A DNA stretch of 64,000 nucleotides from Eledone cirrhosa. Lineage: Eukaryota. Location: contig OZ024762.1 of assembly GCA_964016885.1 (NCBI GenBank), positions 28,334,001 to 28,398,000 on the forward strand, in the 5' to 3' direction. The notes beneath the pieces are model-generated. The model was not told the origin of the DNA and made no database searches. It saw only the letters and a program-made list of their open reading frames with translations. A program made the translations under genes and the position numbers. Shown here piece after piece: positions 9,771 to 25,366 of the stretch. Within the stretch, counting starts at the first letter, position 1. Each line of letters opens with the position of its first letter.

Positions 9771-11265
9771 ACACTATTAATAATTATTAATGCACTCGTG
9801 CAATGCCTGTGCGTGACGAATATTTTTAAAGTGAGGAAAGACTGTGCACTGAACCAATCCCACTCTCTGAGCGACAGTAGCTATAACCCGAAAAGAAGAA
9901 AAGATCAACATCATCGGTAACTACTGAGCCGCAGGTTTTATATCGGAGTTAACCCAGTTTCCTGAGATGCCTTCTCCTAGAAGAATACCCTGACATGGGC
10001 TAGGGGTTCTTCACTCCCAGTGGTTTAACTGCGCGATCGGGCATCCAGCCCGATTATTTCTATGTCCCCGCGCAAAAAAAAAAAAAAAAAAAAAAAATTA
10101 CTTATTGACACTTATACGTACGACATACACACACACGCATACATATGCGTGCACACAGCAACACTCACACACACAACAAACACACACACACGCTACTCTA
10201 CTCACTTACACGCACACACACACATATATATATATATATTACCGTCATTACTGATACAAGATTACCAGATTATGTCAACTGTTGACTTTCAAGAGTTTGT
10301 ATAGTTGAAGCCGATCGTATTACAGTCCAGTATTACTATAATTGCTTTACAGCATAGAGTTATGGCTCTCCACGGAGTCAACAAAAGAGAGTACCAGTGA
10401 TGCGCTGGCCAGTCGCTGGATCCGTGCCAAAAGCAGAAAAATTATTATTAAAGTTGTTCTTAAGGCCAGGTCGCTGGTGATGGTGATGGCGACGGCGGTG
10501 GCGGTGGTGGTGGTGGTGGCAGTTGATGTTGTTGTTCTGTTGTGTGTGTGTGTGTGTGTGTGTGTTTTGTTATTTTGAGTTTTTTTTTTTTTTTTTCCTT
10601 TCTTTTTTTTTTTTCTCCTTTTTTTTTTTTTTTTCCCCTTCCCTTTTCTTTTTTCTTTTCCCTTCCTTTTTTTATGTTTTGATGCCGCTGTTGTTGTTGT
10701 TGTTGTAATTGTTGTAAATGTTCATTTCAGTTCATTCTGAAGCTGTTGTTGCTGTAAACATTAGGGCCGGTGTTGTTGTTGTTGTAGATGTTGGGGTTGA
10801 AATCTGGTTGTTTGACTGAGTGATGTATATACACACATATACATACACACACATATATATATATACATTCATCAGAGAGTAGAGAGTTTGACAACAGGTC
10901 GATGACTTTAGTCTCGATAGGGTATGGTATGGTAATGACATGTGATGGTGGGGAGAGAGTGTAGACGTTATTGTGGTGGTGTGGACAGTGAGATGTATCT
11001 AGTTCATTTGACCGTTTTCTTCTCTTAGCAAAATTTGAATTCTAGCCATGTTATATTGAGATGTAAGTAAATGTAAAATATAAATAAGGATTGCTCTGCT
11101 AAAATATACTAAAATATTTGTGTAACTTCCACAAACTTCTGTCGTGACATTCCCGAGACCAGTAACCAACAAATTGTTGTATTTTGATGTTTCAGAATAC
11201 AAAAATTAATTAAAAACTTACCCCACGAAGAGACAGCGTGTGTTGTCCTATCTATAAGCTCCCTC

Positions 11266-14398
<3,133 letters not shown>

Positions 14399-14402
14399 AT
14401 AC

Positions 14403-16829
14403 TTGTTAACCTCTTTAAAGAATATACCAATACCTTCTAAGGATGACTTCTTACTCCTTATGATTCAAAAAACCAACCAATTTATCAGAAGAGTTAGATG
14501 GAGGGCCTACCACTTCGATAAAAAATCTAAATATGCAGATAGGAAATATATGTATGATTTCAATACTTACAAGAATCCACCACACAACTCTTTACTTGAA
14601 GACTTTGAGAAAGACCTTTTTAATTTAATTAAACACCTCAAATTTAAGAAGTATAAATCTGTCTTTCAAAAGGACCTTGATTCTACCCTATTGGACCTAA
14701 AAAAGTCTAAAAAAATCCATGTCCACTCGGACAAAACTGGTAACTTGTATCACATGGATATTGAAGATTATAATGAGTTCATATATAAAGAACTCAGGAA
14801 AAATTATAAAAAATCTAATAATGCGTCACTCACCAACATCAACAACAAAACACACAACATAGTAAAAAAACTAAACATTGAAGATAGAACTGAACCTTTG
14901 GCATTGAAAAGACCACACTTCAACCTGAAGGATCATAAATCAAACTTTAACTCAAATCCTTCTATAAGACTTATATGTCCCTCCAAATCTGATATTGGAA
15001 TAATTAGCAAAAAAATTTTGGATAGAGTCATCCCACAAATAAGAAAACACGTTAATTTACCACTCTGGGAAAACACTTCCCAGGTAATTAACTGGTTTAA
15101 AAATATTAGATGTAAATCTTCTGCTTCATTTCTACAATTTGATATAGATAATTACTATTCTTCTATATCACCTATACTCCTGAACAAAGCATTGATATTT
15201 GCTAAAAATAGATCTAACTTAACTTTGGATGACATTAATATTATTACACATGCTAGACTAACACTTATTGAATTTCAGAATGAATACTGGACCAGAAACA
15301 CATATAGTAATCTATTTGATATTACTATGGGTTCAAGCGATTCCGCCCAAATTACTGATCTTGTGGGCCTCTTTCTCCTTTTCAACATAAATGCCTCCTT
15401 TCCCCACCTTAAAGGTGGTTTATATCGTGATGACTGTCTTCTTCTTTCCAACAACCTTAGCCTTTCAGAAATAGAAAAAAACAAAAAGCATATTAGAACT
15501 TTCCTTAAAGACTATTATAGTCTTCATATTACTTTTGAAAAAACAAGTAAAGTAGTAAATTTCCTAGATATAACTTTAGACTTAGCTACGGGTATCTACC
15601 AACCTTACCATAAACCCAACCAAAACTTACACTACATACACTCACAATCTAATCACCCTAAATCTATCCTTAAAAACCTTGCATATAATATATCACTTAG
15701 AATTTCTAACCTTTCTTCTAACCAAGATGTATTTGATAAAAATGCGACCTTCTATAATGAAGCTCTAGATAGAAGTGGCCACAAAAATAGATTAGAATAT
15801 ATACCTTCTACTAAAAATAAAAATACTATAAACATACAACCTAATATTACCAACAAACACCAAATGAAAAGTACACACCTAAATGCCACCCACACTATAC
15901 CCCAAAATACCAACAACTCTTCTAATATAAAGTATAGTAACTCTCAAAAAACTACTCATCATACAACTCTAATAAATGTTAATAATAAAACTTCTAATAA
16001 ACAAGATAAAACACCTAAATCTATAAATCTAACTAAAAATGTGCGTGGTGAGATCATTAACATTAATCCTCCTAGTAAACATCACGATACAACCTATAAA
16101 AATAATAAACAACATAGAAACCGTAATAGACGAGTTACTTGGTATAATGCTCCATTTAATTTACAAATTAAGGATAATATTGCTAAAAAATTTGTTTATA
16201 TCCTAGAGAAAAACTTCCCGCCAAACCACAAATACCATCAAATCTTAAATAGGTCTACAGTTAAATTCTCATACTCAACAACCAATAACATAAAACAAAA
16301 TATAAGTGCCTATAATGCATATAAATGTAAGAATACCATAAGTATACCACCAATACATCAAACTAACCATAATATCTCCTCAAATACAGAATTAACGAAA
16401 GGTTGTAACTGTAGAAACAAAGCAAACTGCCCATTAAAAGGAAATTGTCTTGTTAACAACATAGTTTATAAATGTAATGTTAAAACTAAAGATTCTATTT
16501 GCTCATATATAGGAGCTACTTCTAACAATTTTAAGGCAAGGTTTAATACCCACAAACATAGTTTTAAAAATGCCGCACTGGCTAATACAACATCTCTAGC
16601 AGAAAAAATGAATAGTTATAAAAATAAGAATATAGAATATGATATGACCTGGAGTGTGCTCAAAAGAGCCACCCCTTATCAAAATAATAGAAATGAATGT
16701 AGATTATGTTCCCAAGAACTATTTGAAATAATGAAATCTAAGGATATCCTATTAAATAAACGACAGGAATTAATTATATCGTATAATCATAAACTAAGAA
16801 AAACATTTAAATATTATAAACCTAATTAA
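14403..16829 (+). CDS. PLE reverse transcriptase + C-terminal GIY-YIG endonuclease (Hydra-clade-like); native start probably lost at the inversion junction
   Basis: SLKNIPIP, DKTGN, LKDHK, FDIDNYYSSI, ITMGS, LYRDD, NFLDITL, WYNAPF, CNCRNKANCPLKGNC, IVY..YIGAT..FKARF..HKHSF, CRLC. Clade assignment is from remembered motifs. Confidence 0.92.
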   Translation: MLTSLKNIPIPSKDDFLLLMIQKTNQFIRRVRWRAYHFDKKSKYADRKYMYDFNTYKNPPHNSLLEDFEKDLFNLIKHLKFKKYKSVFQKDLDSTLLDLKKSKKIHVHSDKTGNLYHMDIEDYNEFIYKELRKNYKKSNNASLTNINNKTHNIVKKLNIEDRTEPLALKRPHFNLKDHKSNFNSNPSIRLICPSKSDIGIISKKILDRVIPQIRKHVNLPLWENTSQVINWFKNIRCKSSASFLQFDIDNYYSSISPILLNKALIFAKNRSNLTLDDINIITHARLTLIEFQNEYWTRNTYSNLFDITMGSSDSAQITDLVGLFLLFNINASFPHLKGGLYRDDCLLLSNNLSLSEIEKNKKHIRTFLKDYYSLHITFEKTSKVVNFLDITLDLATGIYQPYHKPNQNLHYIHSQSNHPKSILKNLAYNISLRISNLSSNQDVFDKNATFYNEALDRSGHKNRLEYIPSTKNKNTINIQPNITNKHQMKSTHLNATHTIPQNTNNSSNIKYSNSQKTTHHTTLINVNNKTSNKQDKTPKSINLTKNVRGEIININPPSKHHDTTYKNNKQHRNRNRRVTWYNAPFNLQIKDNIAKKFVYILEKNFPPNHKYHQILNRSTVKFSYSTTNNIKQNISAYNAYKCKNTISIPPIHQTNHNISSNTELTKGCNCRNKANCPLKGNCLVNNIVYKCNVKTKDSICSYIGATSNNFKARFNTHKHSFKNAALANTTSLAEKMNSYKNKNIEYDMTWSVLKRATPYQNNRNECRLCSQELFEIMKSKDILLNKRQELIISYNHKLRKTFKYYKPN

Positions 16830-17322
16830 TAACATTATTTTAGATATTAATATATAATTTAATTTAATTGTTAGTTAACCTATAAATTTAATTTAATTAA
16901 AATTCTACTACAGATGAGATTATAAAATATTGTGTAATCATAAATTGTGAAAAACTTTTAAATATTACTAATATATACTTTGTAAATTAATTTATAGATT
17001 AATTTTAATTTATTTAACCTTTTATTAAAATTCCTTTACAGATAAAATATAACAAAATATCGTGTATTCAATGACAGAGAAATATTTTTTAATATTATAG
17101 ACCTAATTAATGTACAATTTAGAAATATATTTATAATTTGGTTTTAATTTGGTTAACCTAAAAATTTAATTTAATTGGCTTAAAATTAAAATCCTAATAC
17201 AGAGTGCAGAGTGTCATGTAATCATAGACTGAGATAGGTTTTAGATGTATACCTAGTTAATATATTCTTTGCAATTTTTGAAAAAATATGTATATATATA
17301 AGTATGTGTGTGTATATATATA

Positions 17323-17397
<75 letters not shown>

Positions 17398-17800
17398 ATA
17401 TATATATATGAATATATATGTGTGTATATATTAATTTTAATTTTTGTTTACCTATAATTATATTCTACTATAGATAAAATACAATATCTGTTTTAATTAT
17501 TATAAACCTAATTAACATATACTATAGAAATTAATATATAATTTTTAATTTAGTTAACCTATAATTTATATTCTACTACCGATGTAATACTTTATTTGGT
17601 TTTTTTCCCTATTACTAAATTCATTTCCTAATATTGATACCATAACCTTAAATAATTTTAATTTAGTTATACTATAATTAATACTCTACTACTATTTAAC
17701 TTCAAAATTCCGCTTCAAATATTATAAACCTAAGTAGTATACACCTTAGAAATCAATATATTAACTATCTTTAATTTAGTTAACCTATAATTAATAGTCT
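16780..17800 (+). repeat. Degenerate ~110-150 bp tandem repeats in the PLE-B 3' UTR (mirrored at ~12500-13540)
   Basis: Recurrent ATTATAAACCTAATTAA and TTAGTTAACCTATAA motifs. Confidence 0.7.
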
Positions 17801-18080
17801 AATTATATTAAAATGCATAATTTTGCCTTCTTTCTTACATTTCCTAATACTGAAACTACTATGTAAACACATATTATGATCTAAATGCAGATTAATATTC
17901 TATGTTTCTTGAAACCTATATTTACTATAACCCCCCCCCCCCCCTTCCCCCCCTATTATTATTTGTATTTGTAAGCGTGGATGTATGTATGTATATGTAG
18001 GTAGGTATGTATGTTTGGGTGTTTGTATGTGAGTATAAAAATACATATGTGCGCATGTAAATAAGGGTGTATGATTGTAT

Positions 18081-18125
<45 letters not shown>

Positions 18126-18240
18126 TGTATCTATGTATTTATGTGGGTATATGTGTGTATGTATATGTATGCGCATGTATACGTCTATGTGTATATGTGT
18201 GTATGTGTATATATGTACGTATATGTGCATGTATATGTGA

Positions 18241-18284
<44 letters not shown>

Positions 18285-18330
18285 AGTTGATGTGTGTATG
18301 TGTATATATATATATGTATGTAAATGTATG

Positions 18331-18399
<69 letters not shown>

Positions 18400-18520
18400 G
18401 TGTATATATATATATATATGTATGTGTGTGCATATTTGTCTGACTGGGTGTATTAATTTATTTATTTATTTATTTATTTTATTTTATTTTTTTATTTCTT
18501 TATTTTTATATATATGTATA

Positions 18521-18565
<45 letters not shown>

Positions 18566-18861
18566 GTGTGTGTGTATGTATATGTATGTATGTATGTATG
18601 TATGTGTATATATATGTGTGTGTGTGTGTATGTGTGTATATATTTATATGTGTATATATATCTTTATTTATATATGTATATATGTGTATATATATCCCTT
18701 TATTTATGTATGTCTGAGTTGTGTGAGCGTGTGGTTGTGTTTGTATGTGTATACGCATACATGGATGTGTATGTATGTGTATATATGCGTATATATATGT
18801 GTGTATGTGTGTGTGTATATATGTATGTCTATGTATGAGTATATATATGTATGTATGTATA

Positions 18862-18930
<69 letters not shown>

Positions 18931-18996
18931 TATATACGTGTGTGTATATATATATATATATTTGTGTATATGTGTATGTGTACATGTGTGTGTGTA

Positions 18997-19102
<106 letters not shown>

Positions 19103-19143
19103 GGTATGTATGTGTATATGTGTATATACATGAGTGTATTTAT

Positions 19144-19189
<46 letters not shown>

Positions 19190-19402
19190 TGTGAATGTAT
19201 GTATATATGTATGTGTGTATATATATATATATATATATGTGTGTATATATGTATATGTCTATGTATTTATATGTGTATATGTATATGTCTCTATATGTAT
19301 GCGCGTGTGTGTATGTGTATGTGTATATATATGGTGTGTGTATGTATAACTATGTGTATGTATGTGTTTATGTGTATGTATGTGTTTATGTGTATGTATA
19401 TG

Positions 19403-19451
<49 letters not shown>

Positions 19452-19477
19452 ATCGATGTATATTTTATATTTTACTT

Positions 19478-19538
<61 letters not shown>

Positions 19539-19808
19539 CTTAATATTTTTCTTTTTTCTTCTTCTTTTTATTTCTAAATTTATAGATACATTTATAAATA
19601 GGCAGTTTGCTGACACCAGTAAATACTGACCTCTTCCCCCCCCACCTACTTTTTGTATCTGGATCTAAATATGTGTGGCAGTGTTTATGTGCGCGCATTA
19701 ATGTCCATATGCTTATGATAATAGTATATACACATATATGTGTGTGTGAGTGTGTGTGTGTATGTATGTTCGTGGTTGTGTGTATGTTTATGCGTATATG
19801 CGCGTGTG

Positions 19809-21735
19809 CTCTGCAAACCCAAAAGTGTGTGCAGCCAGAGAACACCTGAAAGCTGCCAGGGACCAATTCTATGCTGATCCTACGGAGGAGCGGATGGAGA
19901 CTGTGGAGGTGATGAGGGAAGAGCTCTGTACCACTTACACTGAGGTCAGAGAGGAGGCACTGATAGAGAAGATCAGAAGTGTGGAGAGAGCGGTTGACAT
20001 ATCTGGATGTAAGGAGAGCTGGATGATCATCAACGAGATCACAAGGAGGAAGAAAAGGTGTTCGAGTCAGATCCAGGGAACGGGGCCCGAGGATAGGAAG
20101 AGGAAATGGCTAGACCATTTTAGGACCCTACTAGGAGAGCCACCCTCCACAGCCCAGAGCACTGGGGAGATCAGGCGGCTGTTTGAGGAACTGGATGTTG
20201 AGACAGAGCCCTTCACCAGAGAGGAGCTTCAGAGAGCCAAGAAGAAGATCAAGGAGGGCAAGGCTCATGGAGAAGATGGAGTGGCATCAGAGGTGATGAA
20301 GAGGTGTGATTTTGATGATATCATCCTGGGGTTCTGTAACGGGGAACTGGAGAAAGGAGTTGCCCCGAATCAGTGGAGGATCAGTAACATCGTCCCAGTG
20401 CCAAAGAAGGGAGATCTCTCTAACACCAAAAACTACCGGGGGATCTCACTGACGTCACTTATGGCAAAGACCCTCAACAGGATGATTCTTAACAGGATCC
20501 AGCCTGAGATGGAGAAGAAGCTCAGGGACAACCAGAACGGCTTCAGAAAGGGTAGATCAACCACCAGTCACATCCTGATGCTGAGGAGGATATTAGAGGG
20601 AGCTAGAGCAAAGTGCCTTCCTGCGGTCATGGTTTTCATTGACTTTAGGAATGCCTTTGATTCTGTGGACCGTTACTGCCTGATGAAGATCTTACAGGCT
20701 TATGGAATCCCCAAGAGGATAGTGGACCTGATATCACTGCTCTACACCAACACCAAAGCCCAAGTCATTACACCTGATGGGATGACAGAGTTCTTTGAGA
20801 TACTGGCTGGAGTGCTCCAGGGAGATACATTGGCTCCCTACCTTTTTGTCATCGTAGTGGACTATTGTATGCGCCTTGCACTGGAGAAACACCAGGACTC
20901 TGGATTTACTGTAGCACCGGCTCAGAGCAGGAGAGTTGGGGCGAAAAAGGTATCGGATGCTGAATTTGCCGACGACATAGTTTTTGTGACAAATACAGTG
21001 AAGGAGGCAGAGGATTTGATGCGGGAGGTTGAGACTGTGTCGATGAGTGTGGGGCTGAGAATGAATGAGACTAAAACAAAATATCTGGTAGAGAATGTTG
21101 AGAAGCCAGAGGGGATCACTAATGTAGGCGGGAAGCCGCTGGAATTGGTTGAGGACTTCCTGTATTTGGGAGCAAAGATTGGGAATACGGAGGATGATGT
21201 GGTTGAGAGGAAGAGCAAGGCCTGGGCGGCGTGCCACAGCTTGAGATCGGCGTGGAAGTCGGACCTTCGTAGAGACCTGAAAATCCGCCTCTTCATTGCT
21301 GTAGTGGAGTCTGTGCTGCTGTGTGGGTCTGAGACTTGGACACTGACCAAGAAACTCACTCAGATGGTGGATGGGTGCTACACGAGAATGCTGAGGATGG
21401 CTCTGAACATTAATCAGTATACACTGAGGATGAAAAACTCAGAGCTGTATGGGAGCATCCAAAAAGTCAGCTCAAAAGTGACACAGAGGAGACTGAGGTT
21501 GGCTGGACATGCTCACCGACATCCAGAGTTGACATTGCACTCAGTGCTCCTTTGGGAGCCCCTACATGGACACACTAGAAGAGGAAGACCAAGGTTAACA
21601 TATGTTGATGCCCTAAGGACAGACACTGGTCTGTTGGAGATGCAGGATATGGCAGCGATAATGAGGGACAGAGACCGCTGGAGAGAACTCGTCCATGGAT
21701 CTCGGGAATTTTACCCGCCTTAGATAGATAGATAT
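19809..21735 (+). mobile_element. RTE-X-like LINE copy 1, 5'-truncated (RT only; frame open 19810-21723)
   Basis: [51 protein letters not shown]; ends TAGATAGATAG then TA-rich repeat. Confidence 0.9.
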
Positions 21736-21744
21736 GTATATATG

Positions 21745-21781
<37 letters not shown>

Positions 21782-22156
21782 GTATACATATATATACATA
21801 TATATGTATATATATACATATATATGTATATATATACATATATATGTATATATATACATTGAAACAAAATGAAAACGAAATTTCATTTCTCACTCTTAGT
21901 ATGGCACTTACTTAAATGTAAGTATGCATGTATACGTACATACATATATGTATACAGACGTACAGTAGCATGCACATATATATATATATATACATATATA
22001 CATACATATGCATACAGGTACACATACATATATGCACGTATCAGTTTAGCGGCGCTAACGTCGCTTTGTTCGTTTGTAAACAAACTGAACAGCCTGAATT
22101 TATGCCATACGGTGTTAAGGCAACCACGTCACCTTTTTGTTCAACACTGACACAGG

Positions 22157-22201
22157 AACGATGTACTAGTTTCAAGCTTGTTAGCTATCATCAGCACCGT
22201 T
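22157..22201 (-). ncRNA. Minimal type I hammerhead ribozyme (array 1, copy 1)
   Basis: Minus strand: AACGGTG-CTGATGA-T-AGCT-AACA-AGCT-T-GAAA-CTAG-TA-CATCGTT. Confidence 0.88.
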
Positions 22202-22622
22202 TACCCATCTGCCAGATAGTTGAACGTTCGAAAGTATATACTTTCCTTATGAAAATTAACGGCTGAGCAGCCTAATTTGCATATTGAGTGAGTTAAATCA
22301 GTCAGGCATACCGAAAACGATAAATTGAAACAAAATGAAAACGAAATTTCATTTCTCACTCTTAGTATGGCACTTACTTAAATGTAAGTATGCATGTATA
22401 CGTACATACATATATGTATACAGACGTACAGTAGCATGCACATATATATATATATATACATATATACATACATATGCATACAGGTACACATACATATATG
22501 CACGTATCAGTTTAGCGGCGCTAACGTCGCTTTGTTCGTTTGTAAACAAACTGAACAGCCTGTATTTATGCCATACGGTGTTAAGGCAACCACGTCACCT
22601 TTTTGTTCAACACTGACACAGG

Positions 22623-22667
22623 AACGATGTACTAGTTTCAAGCTTGTTAGCTATCATCAGCACCGTT
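22623..22667 (-). ncRNA. Minimal type I hammerhead ribozyme (array 1, copy 2)
   Basis: Identical to 22157-22201. Confidence 0.88.
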
Positions 22668-23084
22668 TACCCATCTGCCAGATAGTTGAACGTTCGAAAG
22701 TATATACTTTCCTTATGAAAATTAACGGCTGAGCAGCCTAATTTGCATATTGAGTGAGTTAAATCGGTCAGGCATACCGAAAACGATAAATTGAAACAAA
22801 ATGAAAACGAAATTTCATTTCTCACTCTTAGTATGGCACTTACTTAAATGTAAGTATGCATGTATACGTACATACATATATGTATACAGACGTACAGTAG
22901 CATGCACATATATATATATACATATATACATACATATGCATACAGGTACACATACATATATGCACGTATCAGTTTAGCGGCGCTAACGTCGCTTTGTTCG
23001 TTTGTAAACAAACTGAACAGCCTGAATTTATGCCATACGGTGTTAAGGCAACCACGTCACCTTTTTGTTCAACACTGACACAGG

Positions 23085-23129
23085 AACGATGTACTAGTTT
23101 CAAGCTTGTTAGCTATCATCAGCACCGTT
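23085..23129 (-). ncRNA. Minimal type I hammerhead ribozyme (array 1, copy 3)
   Basis: Identical to 22157-22201. Confidence 0.88.
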
Positions 23130-23540
23130 TACCCATCTGCCAGATAGTTGAACGTTCGAAAGTATATACTTTCCTTATGAAAATTAACGGCTGAGCAGCC
23201 TAATTTGCATATTGAGTGAGTTAAATCGGTCAGGCATACCGAAAACGATAAATTGAAACAAAATGAAAACGAAATTTCATTTCTCACTCTTAGTATGGCA
23301 CTTACTTAAATGTAAGTATGCATGTATACGTACATACATATATGTATACAGACGTACAGTAGCATGCACATATATATATATATATACATATATACATACA
23401 GGTACACATACATATATGCACGTATCAGTTTAGCGGCGCTAACGTCGCTTTGTTCGTTTGTAAACAAACTGAACAGCCTGAATTTATGCCATACGGTGTT
23501 AAGGCAACCACGTCACCTTTTTGTTCAACACTGACACAGG

Positions 23541-23585
23541 AACGATGTACTAGTTTCAAGCTTGTTAGCTATCATCAGCACCGTT
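23541..23585 (-). ncRNA. Minimal type I hammerhead ribozyme (array 1, copy 4)
   Basis: Identical to 22157-22201. Confidence 0.88.
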
Positions 23586-23727
23586 TACCCATCTGCCAGA
23601 TAGTTGAACGTTCGAAAGTATATACTTTCCTTATGAAAATTAACGGCTGAGCAGCCTAATTTGCATATTGAGTGAGTTAAATCGGTCAGGCATACCGAAA
23701 ACGATAAATTGAAAGAAAATGAAAACG

Positions 23728-23947
23728 AAAAAGGTGACGTGGTTGCCTTAACACCGTATGGCATAAATTCAGGCTGTTCAGTTTGTTTACAAACGAACAA
23801 AGCGACGTTAGCGCCGCTAAACTGATACGTGCATATATGTATGTGTACCTGTATGCATATGTATGTATATATGTATATATATATATATATGTGCATGCTA
23901 CTGTACGTCTGTATACATATATGTATGTACGTATACATGCATACTTA
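23728..23947 (+). repeat. Inverted partial unit at the 5' end of array 1
   Basis: Reverse complement of ~21919-22138; ends in (TA)n. Confidence 0.93.
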
Positions 23948-24011
23948 TATATATACATATATATGTATATATATACATATATATATATATGTATATATAT
24001 ACATATATATG

Positions 24012-24079
<68 letters not shown>

Positions 24080-24114
24080 CATATATATATATATGTACAT
24101 ATATATATATGTAC

Positions 24115-24166
<52 letters not shown>

Positions 24167-24172
24167 GTACAT

Positions 24173-24255
24173 ATATAGATAATTTAATATATCAACTAAC
24201 ATAAGCGCACAGATGCACGCCCATGCTAGCAAATACACAGGTTATGTCATAGTAC
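24173..24255 (-). repeat. Inverted partial unit at the 5' end of array 2
   Basis: Reverse complement of 24442-24524; abuts (TA)n. Confidence 0.93.
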
Positions 24256-24805
24256 GATGACGCAATGAATTCTCGACAGTTGGATTATGTAACTGTCTTT
24301 ATCCCATTGCAGAAACTAATTAGTTGGAGTGAAAATTTAAGTAAGTAAGTAAAAAATTTTTAAAAATTTTTTTAAAAAATATTTTCTTATTTTACGTCTT
24401 TTATATTATTGTTCTGCATTCTCCTGCATTGAACCACCTAGGTACTATGACATAACCTGTGTATTTGCTAGCATGGGCGTGCATCTGTGCGCTTATGTTA
24501 GTTGATATATTAAATTATCTATATTTATCTCCAAATCACTGATTTGTCGAGCAAACTTGCCAAAACCACTTCTAAAAAAATTTTTTGGGGTGTTAGTAGG
24601 CGTCAGTCATCTTACCAACCCATTCCTTCTAACTAGCCTCTGTGTCACGTGATTGATTCTTTAGAATCGGCCATTTGACCTGAAGCAGTGAGAATTTCGG
24701 TACATAGAATCCAGTCCTCGCCAGCTGTTCGATCTACCGAATTATTATTATTTTTATATGAGCCGCCAGTGTCCGCGCATTGCCTGGAGACTTAACTGAG
24801 AATAG

Positions 24806-24887
24806 ACTCCCTGATGACGCAATGAATTCTCGACAGTTGGATTATGTAACTGTCTTTATCCCATTGCAGAAACTAATTAGTTGGAGT
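24806..24887 (+). ncRNA. Type I hammerhead ribozyme with extended stem II (array 2)
   Basis: ACTCC-CTGATGA-C-GCAATG..GACAGTT..AACTGTC..CATTGC-A-GAAA-CTAATTAG-TT-GGAGT. Confidence 0.85.
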
Positions 24888-25366
24888 GAAAATTTAAGTA
24901 AGTAAGTAAAAAAAATTTTTTTTAAATTTTTTTAAAAAATATTTTCTTATTTTACGTCTTTTATATTATTGTTCTGCATTCTCCTGCATTGAACCACCTA
25001 GGTACTATGACATAACCTGTGTATTTGCTAGCATGGGCGTGCATCTGTGCGCTTATGTTAGTTGATATATTAAATTATCTATATTTATCTCCAAATCACT
25101 GATTTGTCGAGCAAACTTGCCAAAACCACTTCTAAAAAAATTTTTTGGGGGTGTTAGTAGGCGTCAGTCATCTTACCATCCCATTCCTTCTAACTAGCCT
25201 CTGTGTCAGGTGATTGATTCTTTAGAATCGGCCATTTGACCTGAAGCAGTGAGAATTTCGGTACATAGAATCCAGTCCTCGCCAGCTGTTCGATCTACCG
25301 AATTATTATTATTTTTATATGAGCCGCCAGTGTCCGCGCATTGCCTGGAGACTTAACTGAGAATAG

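Larger units (their letters stand above)
2582..11265 (-). mobile_element. RTE-clade LINE (probably near full length, ~5.4 kb without the nested Dong) inserted in a (TA)n tract of the PLE-B arm
   Basis: Intact ORF 6145-9690; RTE-like 3' tail with CTCG-ATAA-CGAG hairpin at 2582-2620; the flanks rejoin into the uninterrupted TA tract seen at ~19050-19100. Assigning 9691-11265 to the 5' UTR is inference. Confidence 0.75.
21858..23730 (-). repeat. Tandem array of ~4 x 456-466 bp non-coding units, each with an HHR (retrozyme-like, array 1)
   Basis: Unit starts ATTGAAA at 21858, 22324, 22790, 23252, 23708; near-identical; length differences lie in an internal TA tract. Confidence 0.95.

Noticed and set aside
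10790-10885. Minus-strand CTGATGA followed by a TA hairpin
   Set aside because: No properly placed GAAA, stem III and stem I partner
11205-11265. Possible HDV-like ribozyme at the 5' end of the RTE insert (minus strand GAGCTTA/TAAGTTT, loop TCTTCGT)
   Set aside because: P3 pairs poorly and no P1.1 GG, P4 or P2 partner could be fitted
21869-23650. Repeated 66-112 aa ORFs in array 1
   Set aside because: Start in microsatellite sequence, broken by TA-length changes between units, no recognisable motifs
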